Origin: Octopus bimaculoides
Taxonomy: Eukaryota
NCBI RefSeq assembly: GCF_001194135.2
Contig: NC_068989.1
Coordinates: forward strand, 41,629,918-41,693,917
Reading direction: 5' to 3'
Length of the DNA stretch: 64,000 bases
Positions 39,701 to 50,602 of the stretch are shown here, piece after piece. A program made the position numbers and the translations under genes. Within the stretch, counting starts at the first letter, position 1; every line of letters starts with the position of its first letter. The notes beneath the pieces were generated by a model. That model was given only the letters and a program-made list of their open reading frames with translations, was not told the origin of the DNA and made no database searches.

Positions 39701-39722
39701 CGTGGACTGTCCATAGGACTTC
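3535..39722 (-). CDS. MAST: MAST-family (microtubule-associated serine/threonine) kinase, partial multi-exon gene: 20 coding exons, 5' and 3' ends not identified
   Basis: Manually spliced exons give a continuous frame with MAST hallmarks: [78 protein letters not shown] (DUF1908), then [77 protein letters not shown] and KSASASAL. Every intron is GT-AG with matching phase. Confidence 0.97.
4230..4420 (+). mobile_element. RTE-like LINE 3' end remnant
   Basis: Translation [16 protein letters not shown] resembles RTE RGRP--RW-DDI; followed by a gatgaagatgatg tail. Confidence 0.5.
4459..4658 (-). CDS. MAST: MAST exon S (200 nt) with a 21-residue polyQ: [27 protein letters not shown](Q21)[18 protein letters not shown]
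   Basis: cttacag / gttagt; phase 2 to 1 fits; mixed CAG/CAA codons; IPKFSIS resembles the P-FSIS motif of MAST kinases. Confidence 0.87.
5240..6625 (-). mobile_element. Cluster of ~5 tRNA-derived SINE family A copies (approx. 5240-5450, 5465-5640, 5655-5860, 6060-6243, 6418-6625)
   Basis: Repeated reverse-complement of ggtgagctggcagaa...gagttcaaattcc (B box)...ctttgcctttcatccttt...ggccttgtgcct + (ATT)n tail; boundaries approximate. Confidence 0.85.
6246..6402 (+). mobile_element. TTAA-flanked MITE (piggyBac-like), internally deleted copy
   Basis: TTAA-tcctttagcatt ... aatactaaagga-TTAA; same family as 17652-17871. Confidence 0.7.
7402..7775 (+). mobile_element. tRNA-derived SINE family B (long, with internal GT/TA microsatellite)
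   Basis: A box tggctgtgtgg, B box ggattcagtccc, body ccttgggcaagtgtc...gaccaaagcctt; homologous to 20901-21260. Confidence 0.85.
8168..8418 (-). CDS. MAST: MAST exon R (251 nt): [38 protein letters not shown]...FTAAID(C)
   Basis: cttgtag / gtacgt; open frame, phase 0 to 2 matches neighbours; overlaps ORF 8059-8367. Confidence 0.88.
9368..9507 (-). CDS. MAST: MAST exon Q (140 nt): (T)[46 protein letters not shown]
   Basis: ttctag / gtaagc; conserved R--RY-H and [10 protein letters not shown] (hydrophobic-motif region). Confidence 0.95.
9769..9996 (-). CDS. MAST: MAST exon P (228 nt): (E)[24 protein letters not shown]...[20 protein letters not shown]
   Basis: tttcag / gtgagt; subdomain XI and AGC C-terminal tail; overlaps ORF 9758-9967. 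Confidence 0.97.
10525..10945 (+). mobile_element. SINE family B head with RTE-like 3' tail
   Basis: Head gtagccgtgaggttaagaagcttgcttccc; 3' part gggcatccagccataaaa...agaagtggatgcttaaaacaatgatga. Confidence 0.7.
11062..11291 (-). mobile_element. TTAA-flanked MITE (piggyBac-like), reverse copy
   Basis: TTAA-ccatttagcatt ... aatgttaaagag-TTAA; reverse complement of the 17652-17871 family. Confidence 0.75.
11409..11519 (-). CDS. MAST: MAST exon O (111 nt): [36 protein letters not shown]
   Basis: tttcag acceptor; the only phase-compatible donor is a weak G|gtgtgt; subdomains IX-X. Confidence 0.93.
12272..12388 (-). CDS. MAST: MAST exon N (117 nt): [38 protein letters not shown](G)
   Basis: catctag / gtgagt; activation segment and APE. 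Confidence 0.98.
13574..13644 (-). CDS. MAST: MAST exon M (71 nt): [23 protein letters not shown](L)
   Basis: tttccag / gtaagt; DFG motif. Confidence 0.98.
14285..14590 (-). mobile_element. RTE-clade LINE 3' end remnant
   Basis: ORF 14273-14488 [30 protein letters not shown] matches the RTE ORF2 C-terminus (GRPRK-W---V--DL); ends in agcatgggaaaatgtcataaaattatgataatgat. Confidence 0.7.
15014..15059 (-). ncRNA. Type I minimal hammerhead ribozyme (Penelope-like), core intact
   Basis: GACAC-CUGAUGA-A-GGUAG(loop)CAGCC-GAAA-CGUU-GUGUU: stem I GACAC/GUGUU, loopless palindromic stem III ACGU, GUU triplet; one A-A mismatch in stem II. Confidence 0.7.
15307..15352 (+). ncRNA. Type I minimal hammerhead ribozyme, stem II decayed
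   Basis: GGCAC-CUGAUGA-A-GGCUG(loop)UAACU-GAAA-UGUC-GUGUU; GUC triplet. Confidence 0.6.
16261..16341 (-). CDS. MAST: MAST exon L (81 nt): [26 protein letters not shown](N)
   Basis: aacag / gtaagt; catalytic loop HRDLKPDN; too short for the ORF track. Confidence 0.98.
16705..16796 (-). CDS. MAST: MAST exon K (92 nt): [30 protein letters not shown](R)
   Basis: tatcag / gtaaaa; hinge [14 protein letters not shown]. Confidence 0.97.
17289..17463 (-). CDS. MAST: MAST exon J (175 nt): [22 protein letters not shown]...[26 protein letters not shown]
   Basis: ttacag / gtaagt; subdomains II-IV with catalytic Lys (AIKK) and alphaC Glu (ERDIL). Confidence 0.98.
17652..17871 (+). mobile_element. TTAA-flanked MITE (piggyBac-like non-autonomous element)
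   Basis: TTAA-CCCTTTAGCATT ... AATGCTAAATGG-TTAA: TTAA on both sides and CCC-starting TIRs; partial relatives near 14613-14770 and 28011-28120. Confidence 0.8.
20330..20406 (-). CDS. MAST: MAST exon I (77 nt, kinase start): [25 protein letters not shown](A)
   Basis: ttgtag / gtaagt; P-E-DF-TIKLIS-GA motif at the start of the MAST kinase domain. Confidence 0.95.
20901..21260 (+). mobile_element. tRNA-derived SINE family B, near full length
   Basis: caggcgtggctgtgtggtaa...ggttctgggttcaaa...gacagaaactgaaagaag...aataagtaccaggc...cagcatggccacagtctaatgactgaaacaag. Confidence 0.88.
21971..22041 (-). CDS. MAST: MAST exon H (71 nt, linker): (D)[23 protein letters not shown]
   Basis: ctccag / gtaagt; open frame and phases (1 to 0) bridge exons G and I exactly; the sequence itself is not conserved. 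Confidence 0.8.
22924..23050 (-). CDS. MAST: MAST exon G (127 nt): [42 protein letters not shown]
   Basis: aag / gtaaga; conserved end of DUF1908. Confidence 0.96.
23517..23615 (-). CDS. MAST: MAST exon F (99 nt): [33 protein letters not shown]
   Basis: aag / gtaagt; conserved [16 protein letters not shown]. Confidence 0.95.
23945..24220 (+). mobile_element. tRNA-derived SINE family C (also 48630-48870, 52620-52760, 60135-60400)
   Basis: Head gcatggcttagtggttag; shared core gtgtccttgggcaaggcact-t-cacat-ctccagttcactca-atggcaaaaatgagt. Confidence 0.75.
24605..24730 (+). mobile_element. SINE family A, 5' half
   Basis: ggtgagctggcagaatcgttagcatgctgggc...aagttcaaattct...ctttgcctttcattctttcagggtc. 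Confidence 0.8.
24901..25101 (-). CDS. MAST: MAST exon E (201 nt): [14 protein letters not shown]...[10 protein letters not shown]
   Basis: tatag / gtaagc; overlaps ORF 24850-25089; [18 protein letters not shown]1908 helix. Confidence 0.96.
25255..25470 (+). mobile_element. RTE-X-like LINE 3' ORF remnant
   Basis: Translation [32 protein letters not shown] matches the GRP--TY--QL--DTG---EDL--AM-DR pattern. Confidence 0.6.
26071..26146 (-). CDS. MAST: MAST exon D (76 nt, or 73 nt with the second AG): (S)[25 protein letters not shown]
   Basis: tgtagTAG tandem acceptor / gttaga donor; conserved MMN-YKERFPK. Confidence 0.95.
26310..26480 (-). mobile_element. RTE-tailed SINE/LINE fragment (family D; relatives near 9633-9730, 26790-26990, 29050-29230, 50620-50800, 56400-56600)
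   Basis: Shared ctggatgcccttcctgtc-ccaaccc-tacctgttt-aagcaaggtaatatttcccc segment next to (ATC)n-type tails. Confidence 0.7.
28201..28376 (-). CDS. MAST: MAST exon C (176 nt): [32 protein letters not shown]...RPRSRSL
   Basis: tttcag / gtaagg; lies within ORF 28197-28424; DUF1908 start. Confidence 0.96.
29460..29541 (-). CDS. MAST: MAST exon B (82 nt): [27 protein letters not shown]
   Basis: ttttcag / gtatgt; highly conserved [19 protein letters not shown] motif. Confidence 0.97.
29704..29945. mobile_element. Element with ~50-bp terminal inverted repeats and internal inverted segments
   Basis: gtatgtttctgcactccacatcagctttaagttgctgggttcatattcat vs reverse complement of atgaatatgaacccagtaacttaaagctgatgtagggtgcagaaacatac; ~5 mismatches by eye. 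Confidence 0.8.
30057..30612. mobile_element. Three SINE family A copies: + (30057-30243), - (30260-30466), - partial (30483-30612)
   Basis: Family A consensus motifs in both orientations, separated by (AAT)n. Confidence 0.85.
31154..31338. other. Assembly gap (185 N) inside TA/CA microsatellite
   Basis: Run of n. Confidence 1.
32085..32575. repeat. Degenerate ~17-bp minisatellite (gtgagtatagaggcaca)n
   Basis: Recurrent gagtatagag(g/a)ca(c/t)agt with ~15-17 nt spacing; explains the Y/L/S-rich spurious ORFs 32089-32582. Confidence 0.85.
33498..33645. mobile_element. Inverted pair of hammerhead-containing units forming a ~148-nt hairpin
   Basis: ttatggctggtcagagagtgacccttggttt vs reverse complement of aaaccaatggtcactctctgaccggccataa; central tcagactca/tgagtctga palindrome. 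Confidence 0.85.
33578..33630 (+). ncRNA. Type I hammerhead ribozyme, near intact
   Basis: GAGU-CUGAUGA-GU-CACCUAUA(UGGCUU)UAUAGGUG-U-GAAA-CCAAUGGU-C-ACUC: stem I GAGU/ACUC, 8-bp stem II, stem III ACC/GGU, GUC triplet (predicted cleavage after 33626). Confidence 0.8.
36790..38800 (-). mobile_element. Decayed RTE-clade LINE ORF2 (linker, RT, C-terminus), interrupted by a MITE fragment at ~38190-38380
   Basis: Fragments with stops/frameshifts: [15 protein letters not shown] (K--KA-GP-GI), [32 protein letters not shown] (L-LAFVDLEKAFD), [23 protein letters not shown]. Confidence 0.85.
39650..39722 (-). CDS. MAST: MAST exon A (73 nt, phase 1 to 2): (G)[23 protein letters not shown]
   Basis: Acceptor ttttccag, donor gtaaga; SP-DSPR motif precedes DUF1908 in MAST kinases; phase joins the next exon (AA+G = K). 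Confidence 0.85.
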
Positions 39723-42700
39723 CTGGAAAACAAAAGAAATACAAGACTGATGTTATATTAGCATTAGTAAAGGACATTGAAGTTAAAAACAGCAGCTGGA
39801 GCAACAAAAGATGCCTTCATTGTTGTTATTAATAATTGTCAATCTAGTTTGCTTTGGGATAATAGTTCATCTTCAGCAAGGTTTTCTCTTTATTATAAAA
39901 CAAACAACAAGCAAACAAAAATCCTTCTATGTGGCTTGCTTAGAATCCAAGGGTTCATGGGCTCTGTCATGTCTTCTACTCACAAGTAAGATTCAAGAAG
40001 GAAGCAAATGAAATATCAGTCTTGATCAAATTAGGTTTGGACAAAACAATGGGAGAAAGCAAATTCGTTTCTCAGAACATAATGAGCTGAATAGAGACAT
40101 CAAAGTCAGATTTTACAATATTTGCATTACATTGTGTACAAACACACAAACATATAAGGTGGCTTGTTGGCAGAGCTGTGAGAACATCATACAGATTAGT
40201 TGTAGTAAATGTTCTGGTTTTCTATACTCCGAGTTCAAATCATGCCAAAATCAACTTTGTCTTTTATCCTTTTGAGGTTGATAAATAAAAGTACCAGTCC
40301 TGACCTGCAATCAATTCTTTTTCTCACTCTCTTTCACTCTGTCTTTCTGACTTTCTCTCCTTTGGAAGAAATCAGCTGTGGTTAGACCTGAAGAAGGATA
40401 GACTCTGCCAGGTTTAAAAGATGCCCAAGACAAAGTAAGAATGCATGTGTGCGCACATGCATACATGTACACACATGATGAACTCCTTACAGTTTCTGTC
40501 TACCAAATCCACTAACAAAGCGCCACATAGGAATGAAACCAAATCCACTTGGATGGGAAGCAAACTTCATAATTATGCAGCCATGTCAGTGTCTAGCATG
40601 CATGCATTTACATATGTGGTTATATAAATGTAAATACATATTTCTATAATGCTACAAGCTATTAATGTCAGGGATTGAAATCCTAAAACAGTAGTAAAAC
40701 AAGGGCATCCAGTAGATTTTCATATCAGAAAAGTGTAATTAATATGATAGATTGCCAAAGCCATGAGGCAAGAATATTTATAAGTGCTTGGTGTAGCATT
40801 TGAAGAGATCAAGTTAAACAGTGGAAGTTCAACCATCTGAAAATATATTTCTAAACATCTATCATTGGAAGATCAAGTATACATAAACAACAATGGATTA
40901 GGGTGTCATGTTGAGGAGCTTACAACATTGAAGGATGTTAAAAAAGACAATACAACTGATATCAGGAAGGCAGTTTCACAAATTTAGATTTGAATATTAT
41001 TCCTAAGATCAATATGAAATGTGACACTATCCACAGTTATTTCTAATAACCTCAAAATTATAATTATTGAAAATGGTATGGTTGTATGGATATGAAGTGT
41101 GTTTTGAAATGATGGGGTTTCAATTATTTTTCTTACTGCCTAACATCTCAGACAAGTGTTTTCTAATGTAGCTTTGGGCTGACCAATGCTGTGTGAGTAG
41201 CATTGGTATGTGGAAACAGTATGAAAGGTTGCTGTGTGTTTATATTTGTGTGTACCAGTGTAAATATTTACATTGTGTCTTTGCATGAAATCATTTGAGC
41301 AAATGTGTGACATTATGTCGGTATTCTCTGTTAACAACTCAGCCTATAGCTCAATGCATTCTAGGATGAATGAAATAAGAAGTTCCCAACATAAAATACA
41401 AGTAAAGTATAGCAACAAGAAGGCATCCTGCTGTAAAATAAAGTCTTACTAAAAAGTTTTCATCCAACCCATGCTACCATGGGAAAAACAAGATGTAAAA
41501 TAAACCAATGAAATACACTCCAAGTATCCCAAAATATATGTATTGTAGTTATTGAAAATATAATAATGTAGTTATTAAAGAATGCATATATTGTAGTTAT
41601 TGAACTCACTGAATATATACTTTGAAAAAGAAGAGAAAACATACTTTCACACATATATTCAAACAAACAATATATACAAATGTATATATGGAGACTGCAA
41701 TATTGTGAATACTTTCCTATTTATTCTTCACTTTTATTGAACATAGCTTTCAGTTGTGAGTGAATACATACATATTGCCTATCTATCCAAATAAGTGTGT
41801 GTGTGTGAGCATATGTGAGAGTTTATATTGCAAATACATCATTACATTTCTAAGAAATATAATGGAAGTTCAGTATAATAGAACTTCTCTATCCAGTAAT
41901 GTTTGTGACGATAACAATTGCTGTTTCTCATACACTATGTTGGATGAGAATAACTACTGTTATTCTGTATTCAGGTTTATTTTTCTGACTATTACAACTA
42001 ATTCATTTGAAAAGCTATTTTGATAATCTAAATACACACACACACACAACCAAGATATCACACTTGACTACCTAAACCTTCACCTGTGTTACAAACAGAT
42101 TTTAGAAATGCAATGACAATTAATTTCCACTCAAAAGATTCCGTCTTTACACGAGAAACATTATTTAACATTTATTCAGTTGTACCACCATGCTTGTATG
42201 GGTTGGGTGGAGAGGTATTTAAAGAAAGACTTTTATGGTAGGATACTTTTCCTGTCACCAACTTTCACATATTTTTCAAGTAAAGGGATGCCTTTATTCC
42301 ATGGGTCTTTGAAAATGCACAGCAGCTGATCATTATGTCAATAAAGAATGTATACATCGTATCACTGTCTCATTTACATAATGACAAGCAAAGCCATGGA
42401 ATGATAACATTTGTGTACACAAGAACACACACACACGAATATATGATGGGATTCCATAAAGTTTCTGTCCACCAATTCCATTCCCAAGGCATTAATTGGC
42501 CTGGAGCCATGGCAGAAGATACTAAATTAAGGTCTGCACAATGAGACTGTGCCTAAAACTACAAGGTTGCAAACCACACAGCCATGCCTGAACCTACAAT
42601 CTAAAAATTGATTATGAAAATAATTATTTCCTCTCCTCTCCCACCATCACTGATACGCACAGTGAGTTAAACAGTGAAAGTTTAAAGCTGTTAATGCATC

Positions 42701-43238
42701 ATCAATATGCAAAGGAATGTGTTGACAGGTGGTGAGTAATAGCTTAGAAAATGTGGTTGTCTGAGGAAAGGTTCTAAGATACTTGACTAATAAGAGGTCT
42801 GCTGATTGGTGACCAACTTCATTAATCTCAGGAATTAATAATGGGAAAACAGTCATTCAGAAAAACAAAAAAACAAAAACACAAAACCCTTTCTGTAATT
42901 CAGGAATGCTCAATTTATTGGAGTGAATCGCTTGACTAATGAGTATAGAGGTGGAGTGAAATATCTGCGGTTTAATAAAGCAAAATTAAGGAGAATATGA
43001 GATAAATGACAAATGAGTGTGCATGAGTGTGTGTGTGCGTAGTGCTCATATGTTTGTGTATATGGATGTGTGTGTGTGTGTGTGTGAGTATAAGAAAGCA
43101 GACGCTTGTGTAGGGCCAACTGATAGATGTTAGCTTTGGAAGGTTGAATGATACTTTACACACACACACATCTAAATATATATGTTTTACTTGCTTCAGT
43201 CATTAGACTGTGACCATGCTGCCCTACTTTTCTCTCTC

Positions 43239-43309
<71 letters not shown>

Positions 43310-43444
43310 CCTGCCAGCCCAGGGAGTGGAGTGGGATCATTTGGAAGCTAAAAACAACATGATGTGAATTGTAACTAGCAGTGCATAACAACATTCAATA
43401 GTTTGGTTAATACAGTGAGATATATATATGTATGTATTCTTCTA

Positions 43445-43722
43445 TTCTTTTGTTTCAGTCATTTGACTGTGGCCATGCTGGAGCACTACCTTTAGTCGAA
43501 CAGATCGACCCCAAGACTTATTCTTTGTAAGCCTACTACTTATTCTATCGGTCACTTTTGCCGAACTGCTCAGTTATGGGGACGTAAACACAAGCAATGT
43601 TGTGGGGCACAAACACATATAGTAGAAAATGCTTGCCCAAGGTGCCATGCAATGGAACTGAACCCGGAACCATGTGGTTGGGGAGCAAGCTTCTTACCAT
43701 ACAGCCATGACTGCACCTACAT
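43445..43722 (-). mobile_element. SINE family B, reverse orientation with internal deletion
   Basis: Reverse complement of caggagtggctgtatggtaagaagcttgctcccaaccacatggttccgggttcag... and of the 3' ccagcatggccacagtcaaatgactgaaac. Confidence 0.85.
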
Positions 43723-45744
43723 GTATAATATAATTCCATTAACATAAGGACAATATATTTAATTACTCATTCTCCCAACCTTTGTTTATTTCGTTTCTGT
43801 CTCCTTACTGACCTACACAGTCAGGTGCATTTGAAGACATAACTCTCAGTACTCCAAATATGCATAAACTCATCCTATCCTTCCCACTCCTTTGTTTCCT
43901 CAATACTACCACCTAGATCTCACATTTGATTGACCTTTGCATATTAAATTACCACAGACTTGTACACACACACACACAATTACCTGATATACACTGGCCT
44001 ACCTCTCCACAGATCAACAACTTCCAAACACATTTCTCAGTCCCAACAAAACCCGATGAATCTAGACGGAGCTCTGTTGTTCTCTAGATGAAACATCTTG
44101 TATGTTTTAAGTAAAGTTTAATGAAATAACACCCTGCCCTTTAACACGTTGAGTACCTTTTTTTCACTGGCTGACATTTTAGCACTATGACTAAGAATAT
44201 TAACACTATTCTCTTCCTCTCTTGATCACACACACACACAAATATATGCATCATATATGCATAAATATATACAAATATATGCATATGCAAACATATATAT
44301 ATATATATATATATATATAAACATACAAATATATGCACATACACATATAAACATACATATATACATATGAACATATATACATACACCTATATAAACATAC
44401 ATATATATATATGTATATACATGCATACAAACATATACATACTCTTTCCAAGCAATTCTGACTATCCCAATATCTATTTTCCCCTGTGTATGTCTGTATA
44501 TGTAATGTCTATCCTTCACTGTGTTTGCGTGTATACACATATATAAACACACACACACACACACACACACAAGGCAGCCAATCAGTAGAGTCTTTACAGC
44601 ATCAAATAGTATTTCTTTGAACTCTGTGCTCCATGTTCAAATCCTGCCATGGTCAACTTTGTCTTTTGTCCTATCAAGGCCTATAAATGAAGCACTAATC
44701 CCATACTGGGGTTGATTCTTCTCCTCTTATTCTTTTCTTTGTTTCTGTTAGTCTGTCTCTCTTTAGTACGAATCCATTGTCGCCTGATTTGAGAGAGGCA
44801 TGGCCTCTACAAGGGCAAGAAAAAAAAATGCCATAGACACTACATATTTCATAAAAACTGTTTCTAAGGCTCTGGGAAGAGTTGAGGACCCAATGCAAGG
44901 CAATCCATACAAAAAAATACATTGAGATGATCAGAGTTACTGGGAAAGAGCTCAAGTAATATTGACAGAGAAAATGAGGGAGAAAGAAAAACAAAAAAAT
45001 TTCACATCTCCATTGCTTATATAGACACACACACACACACATGCTTGTGCACATGCACACACAAATACACGCAGCTGCTACAAATATCATTAAATTCATC
45101 TGAAGCTAAGATTACTCAAGATCATTTTGCCAAACAATGCAAGATTTACTTTATAATTATTCTAAATAATCCTCTTGTGAAAGCAACAGATTTTTAAACC
45201 TCTGGCCATTGTTACTACTACTACTACCACTACCACCACCGCCGCCGCTGACACCACTAGCACGACTTACACCCCACCACCATCATCCCAAATCGTCACT
45301 ACTATCATTGTCAAGGCTGTCACTCACACCATCTCAGACAGCTAGCAAGGTGATGTGCTGTGACCCACAACTGTGCAGATGATGCACTAGGATCAAACTG
45401 TAATGCTACATACAGTACAACACACACACACACACACACACTCATGCATGCACACCACCATATTTTCAATATTAAACATATGTACAAATCAGGAGACAAA
45501 CGCTTTATGTTCACCCTCAGCTGCTGGCATTCATCTGCTTGTTCTGTTACACTTTTTTTTCTTTCTGTTCCTCATATTTCCAGTGAAAACGAAACACTGA
45601 GTATACATGTGTGTGTGTGTGTGTATATATGAACAAATCTCTATAAACATGAATATATACAAATGTGTATATGTATGTATATGCATGTATGTATGTATAT
45701 ATATATATATGTATATGCACAAATCTATATATACATGAATGTAT

Positions 45745-45902
45745 CATCATCATCATCATCATCATCATCGTTTAACGTCCGCTTTCCATGCTAGCATGGG
45801 TTGGACGATTTGACTGAGGACTGGTGAAACCGGATGGCAACACTAGGCTCCAGTCTGATTTGGCAGAGTTTCTACAGCTGGATGCCCTTCCTAACGCCAA
45901 CC
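45745..45902 (-). mobile_element. Young RTE-tailed element, 3' fragment (third copy of the 52287-53193 family)
   Basis: Nearly identical to 52287-52442 (one C/T difference seen); (GAT)n tail on the minus strand. Confidence 0.9.
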
Positions 45903-45965
45903 CTATATAAAATGTATATATGCATGTATATGTATGTATGTATATATTAATAAATATATATATGC

Positions 45966-46014
<49 letters not shown>

Positions 46015-46074
46015 TATCTATTTGTATATATATGTATATAAATACATACATACTTACATAAGTGTACATATCTA

Positions 46075-46124
<50 letters not shown>

Positions 46125-47345
46125 CATATCTTAATTTACTAAGACAGGAATACCCAATAGCAAGGCTAAGTTGCTTAACCTAATGCCCAAATGCACTTTT
46201 GTTTTTTGAAGAATTCAATGCGTGGCTAAACCATGGTACCCTGCATAACACACAGAAACGCTGCAACGCCACAGCACTGCAGGAACTAACAAGATTTATT
46301 CAAGCTGCTTGTGTGTTAACATGTCTGGATGCTGGATGAATTAATTATAGGACAGTGAGAAAAGGTATATGAGATTACTTGAACTGCAAATCAATAATAT
46401 TCCAGCATTCAGATCAGCTGGATATCGGGAAGATACTAATAAGGGAATATAAAATTATTTACGCCATGCACCGGTGCTCAAATGATATGAACGATTTAAT
46501 ATCAAGGAGATATTGATTAAGAAATAATAACATTAGCTCTTTTACACTGCAATGTTTATGATGTTTGCAAAACTCTTTATCAGAATAGCTATAGCTATTC
46601 TGCCACACCAGCCTTCACTGGTGCGGTCTCTGCTATTTATTTTGAAGTTGGGAAGTGTTTTGTCATGACACTACCATAATGTAATAATATAAACAATGGC
46701 AATTCTAGGGGTTTGCCTAATAAGAGATATTATCAAGAGAAAAATACAATTATATGAGATATTATAAAACCACCAAAATTCCAGGGAGAAAAGACAAACT
46801 GGTCAACTAATGGCATTTATCAGTTACAAACCTGATAATCTTGGTAATTAATTTTTTATTATTACATTAGTTTAATCATTATTAGAACAGCATTGAGAAT
46901 GAGTGGATAGGGTGTGTGTGAGAGGGTGGAAAAGATATGTTGTTGCTTTGATGGAATCCTGCACCGGATTTGAATTAGACAATACCAAAGAATTGGTGAA
47001 GCAAATATCAGCAGCGAGGTTTGTTGCATGGCATTCCTTTTGCCATGTGTCATCAGTAGCCTGTTTCTGAGTTGTCACCTTGCTTACCATTCTATCACAC
47101 AGTTATTGGAACATGATGGTGCATACTGATGGGATAGTGGGGGGTTGGTGGGGTGGGACAGCGTGTAAGTGGAGAGGCGGGGAAAGGAAGAGGTGTAGAA
47201 GGTGTTGTGAGTCAGAGCATGTGTTTTGAGGGAAAAAATAGTGGAGTGTATATATATGTATATAGGAGAGAGGAAGAAAATAAAAAAGGCATAAGAAAAA
47301 TAGATTGAGAAGAATATTAAATGAAATAGAATGTGTGTGTGTGTT

Positions 47346-47437
<92 letters not shown>

Positions 47438-47511
47438 NNNNNNNNNNNNNNNNNNNNNNNNNNNNNNNNNNNNNNNNNNNNNNNNNNNNNNNNNNNNNNN
47501 NNNNNNNNNNN
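47438..47511. other. Assembly gap (74 N) inside (GA)n
   Basis: Run of n. Confidence 1.
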
Positions 47512-47554
<43 letters not shown>

Positions 47555-50500
47555 AGTATGTATGGAAAGATATTATCAAAGTCAAATCATTGAAATTACT
47601 ATAAATATTCAAGTAGGCAACAATAGCAAATTTATAAATATTGAGTACAGAAATATTCCTTTAACATATTGATTATAGGAATATCAACTATAGAAAAACT
47701 CCTTTAATGAAGGAAAAGAAATAACAAAAATAGCTAATTTTTTTTTACATATTCACAAGGTTGTGGAGAGGCAGGAGAGGGAGACAAATAGAGAGAGAGA
47801 AAGATATATGTTGTGATGTTGGTAGTTTTTACAACAGTATTTATTACTAAATAACAGTGGCACTAAAACAATATTCTAAAGAATGTAAGTTTGGTCAAAG
47901 AATATACCATGGTAAAACAGGAACAAAGTGTAAGATGTTTATACATCCTTTCACCTATGTTTATGCCAAATACACCTGATGCAGATCTTTGTTTAATTCA
48001 AATATTCAATTACTACAGTGAACTTATAAATTATCTTATGGAATCTGTTTTGCTTCTCTCTTGTTTTTGTCCTGAAACCTGAAGTCGTTAACATTATGTT
48101 GGTAAAACCATTTCATTTCTCTATTTTGTTTAGTCAGGAAGAACAGGCAGTGTCCATGATCTTCGCATTCAATGAATGTTTCACCATTCTAAGTTGCTTA
48201 CAGTTTTTAGCTCTGTTGTCTGAATGTAATTGCCAAACAAACACACCTAGCTACTTCAGTCCTATTGAATGGAAGGGCAAGGGTGGGAGAGTGTTCTTCA
48301 CCAACAATAAAACCATGGTATATTTGTTTTATATATTCTTAAAACCTTTGCTTCCTACACACACACACACACACGCATTCCACTTTCATCTGTTCACTGA
48401 AATCTGATGACAACCATCCATTCTGTAGATATTTAGCAGCTAAACAATCCTATCTATTCCACCAGTATCACATATGCTTGCCCCACCTGCTCTATTGTAG
48501 GTTCAACATGTACCACCTTCAATGGAGCAGATAGAGCATACACATATGATGATAGTGGTGGCAGTAATAAGTAACAATTGCGGTTGCATCTCCCCCAACA
48601 TTCTGGTTGTTCTCTCCATCTCCTGTGGAGGTATGTGGCTTGGTGGTTAGGGTGCTGGACTCATGATCGTAAGATTGTGGTTTCAGTTCCTGGACTGAGC
48701 AACACGTGTTCTTGAGCAAAACACTTCATTTCACATTGCTCCAGTTTACTCAGATGGCAAAAATGAGTAATCCTGCGATGGACTGGCATCTTGTCCAGGT
48801 GGGGAATATACCATGAAACTGGGAAACTGGTCTTTATGAGCCAGTATGACTTGAGAAGGTAACTTTATCTTTTTTCTTCTCTATCTTCAGCAATACAACA
48901 CTATCTTTACACAGCAGTTGAGTGGCATGGCCAGCAGCAATATCCTCCAGGTCCTCAGGTTAGGCATTTCCAAAAAGTGCTCTTTATCAAGTGCCCAAGT
49001 TAGTGTATCATGTGGTAGAGGATCATGGCTTCAACAATGACCTTTGCAAGCATTTCGCTGTAAGACACAGAATCATGCCATGCAGCTCATGCGAAGGCTC
49101 ACCAAAAACTTAATATAGTGAGAGTACACTACTCAAGTGTCGCAGCTACGGAGGAGGGTGGTGATACAGACTGATTAGCATATGACAATCTTTGGGGAGG
49201 AACAACTTGTTCAGAAAGATTCTGTGCTGAAGTCTCCCAAAGACAGCTTACACCTGTTTAATCTAACTCTAGATGTACTATATGAATGCTGTCGTCATAA
49301 GGGAAAATGCTAAGTTTCTCAAGCAACATCATAGCCAGGGCATTACCAGCAATAAAAAAAGAGTGATATGCTCCAACTTTTGTTGTAACTCATCTTTGCA
49401 CCTTTGTTCTTATAAACCATGACATACATCCATTGCTATGAGAAGCAGTTCTTAATCCAGGCCTTAATGATATACAAGTAGAGGATACTCTATACATATA
49501 TTGCCTTTCCTTCAGTTGCTCAGCAGAGGTTTTATTGTCAGTGCCAGAGGACTTGTCCTTAAAAGAATGGATAGCTGACAGAACCTCCTCAAGGTATGGT
49601 AGACCAACCAGCATATACACCATGTATAAGCACATATACAGACATCTTCGACCCACTGTAAACCTGCCTTTTAAGTGAGAATGTAGAATGTACAGGTATT
49701 GCAGTTTAGGACACCAATGAGACTCTGTTGAAAGACAGAATACAATCCAAGCTGAAATACTGTTGACCAGTTTGCTTTCTTGAAAAATACATACATTCTC
49801 ACTGCTAAATGACATTATTTCCAGTGTTAGACTATCCCACTTAGTTTTATTCAACTTCACTTATCTTTAACTATTTTGATGTGTCTGTCACACAATGATA
49901 AAAAGCAAAACTAGGATAGTATATCTGGCAAGCTCCTGCTTTGATGGGATTGTTCAGTGTTGACACAATTCTTCCAGTAACAACAAAAACAACTTTCAGT
50001 GATTTTGCACTACCAAGAATGGTGTTTAATGTACAAACAATGTACCACTGACCACAATCAAACAGCACTACTGTTGTATTTATTGCCCATGGACAGGGCA
50101 CTCTAGCTACAGCTGGCTCAGATACACAAAGAACAGGTTCCTTTTTCTACCTATAAAAAACAATGGCTCAAACAAATAAACCATTTCATTTAAGTAAACA
50201 TACAAAAATATGTGCATGTGTGCATGACTCTCTTCCCTGCTGTGTGTCTTATCTCTCTTTCTCTCTCAGATGTTTATATGTAAAAGTTATTCCAGCTTAT
50301 TTCTTCTATGCATTTTCTTAAAATTCCACAAATAAGACTTGTAATAAAGGAATTAAAGTGCTACTTCTAGCAGTGCTTGTAGAGACTATACTGCAAAGTT
50401 TGTGGTTACACATAAAAGGAATGTGTTAAGATTCACACAATCAACAAGCTTGATGATATGTTTATTAAAAAATTACTTCCGAAATTCAAATCCACAAATG

Positions 50501-50562
50501 CTGTGTATTTGAACAGGATATTTATTTTTACATATCACAGGTCACAATCCATTTAGTAGTAA

Positions 50563-50602
<40 letters not shown>

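Noticed and set aside
47020-47056. Minus-strand CUGAUGA followed by a CAUGGCA/UGCCAUG hairpin, resembling a hammerhead
   Set aside because: No GAAA directly after stem II, no NUH or stem I pairing and no mirrored copy; chance or too decayed to call.
49000-50130. ORFs 49390-49860 (156 aa) and 49871-50101 in a microsatellite-poor stretch
   Set aside because: No recognisable domain and no convincing splice pattern; may be a decayed DNA-transposon-associated sequence, but I cannot support a call.
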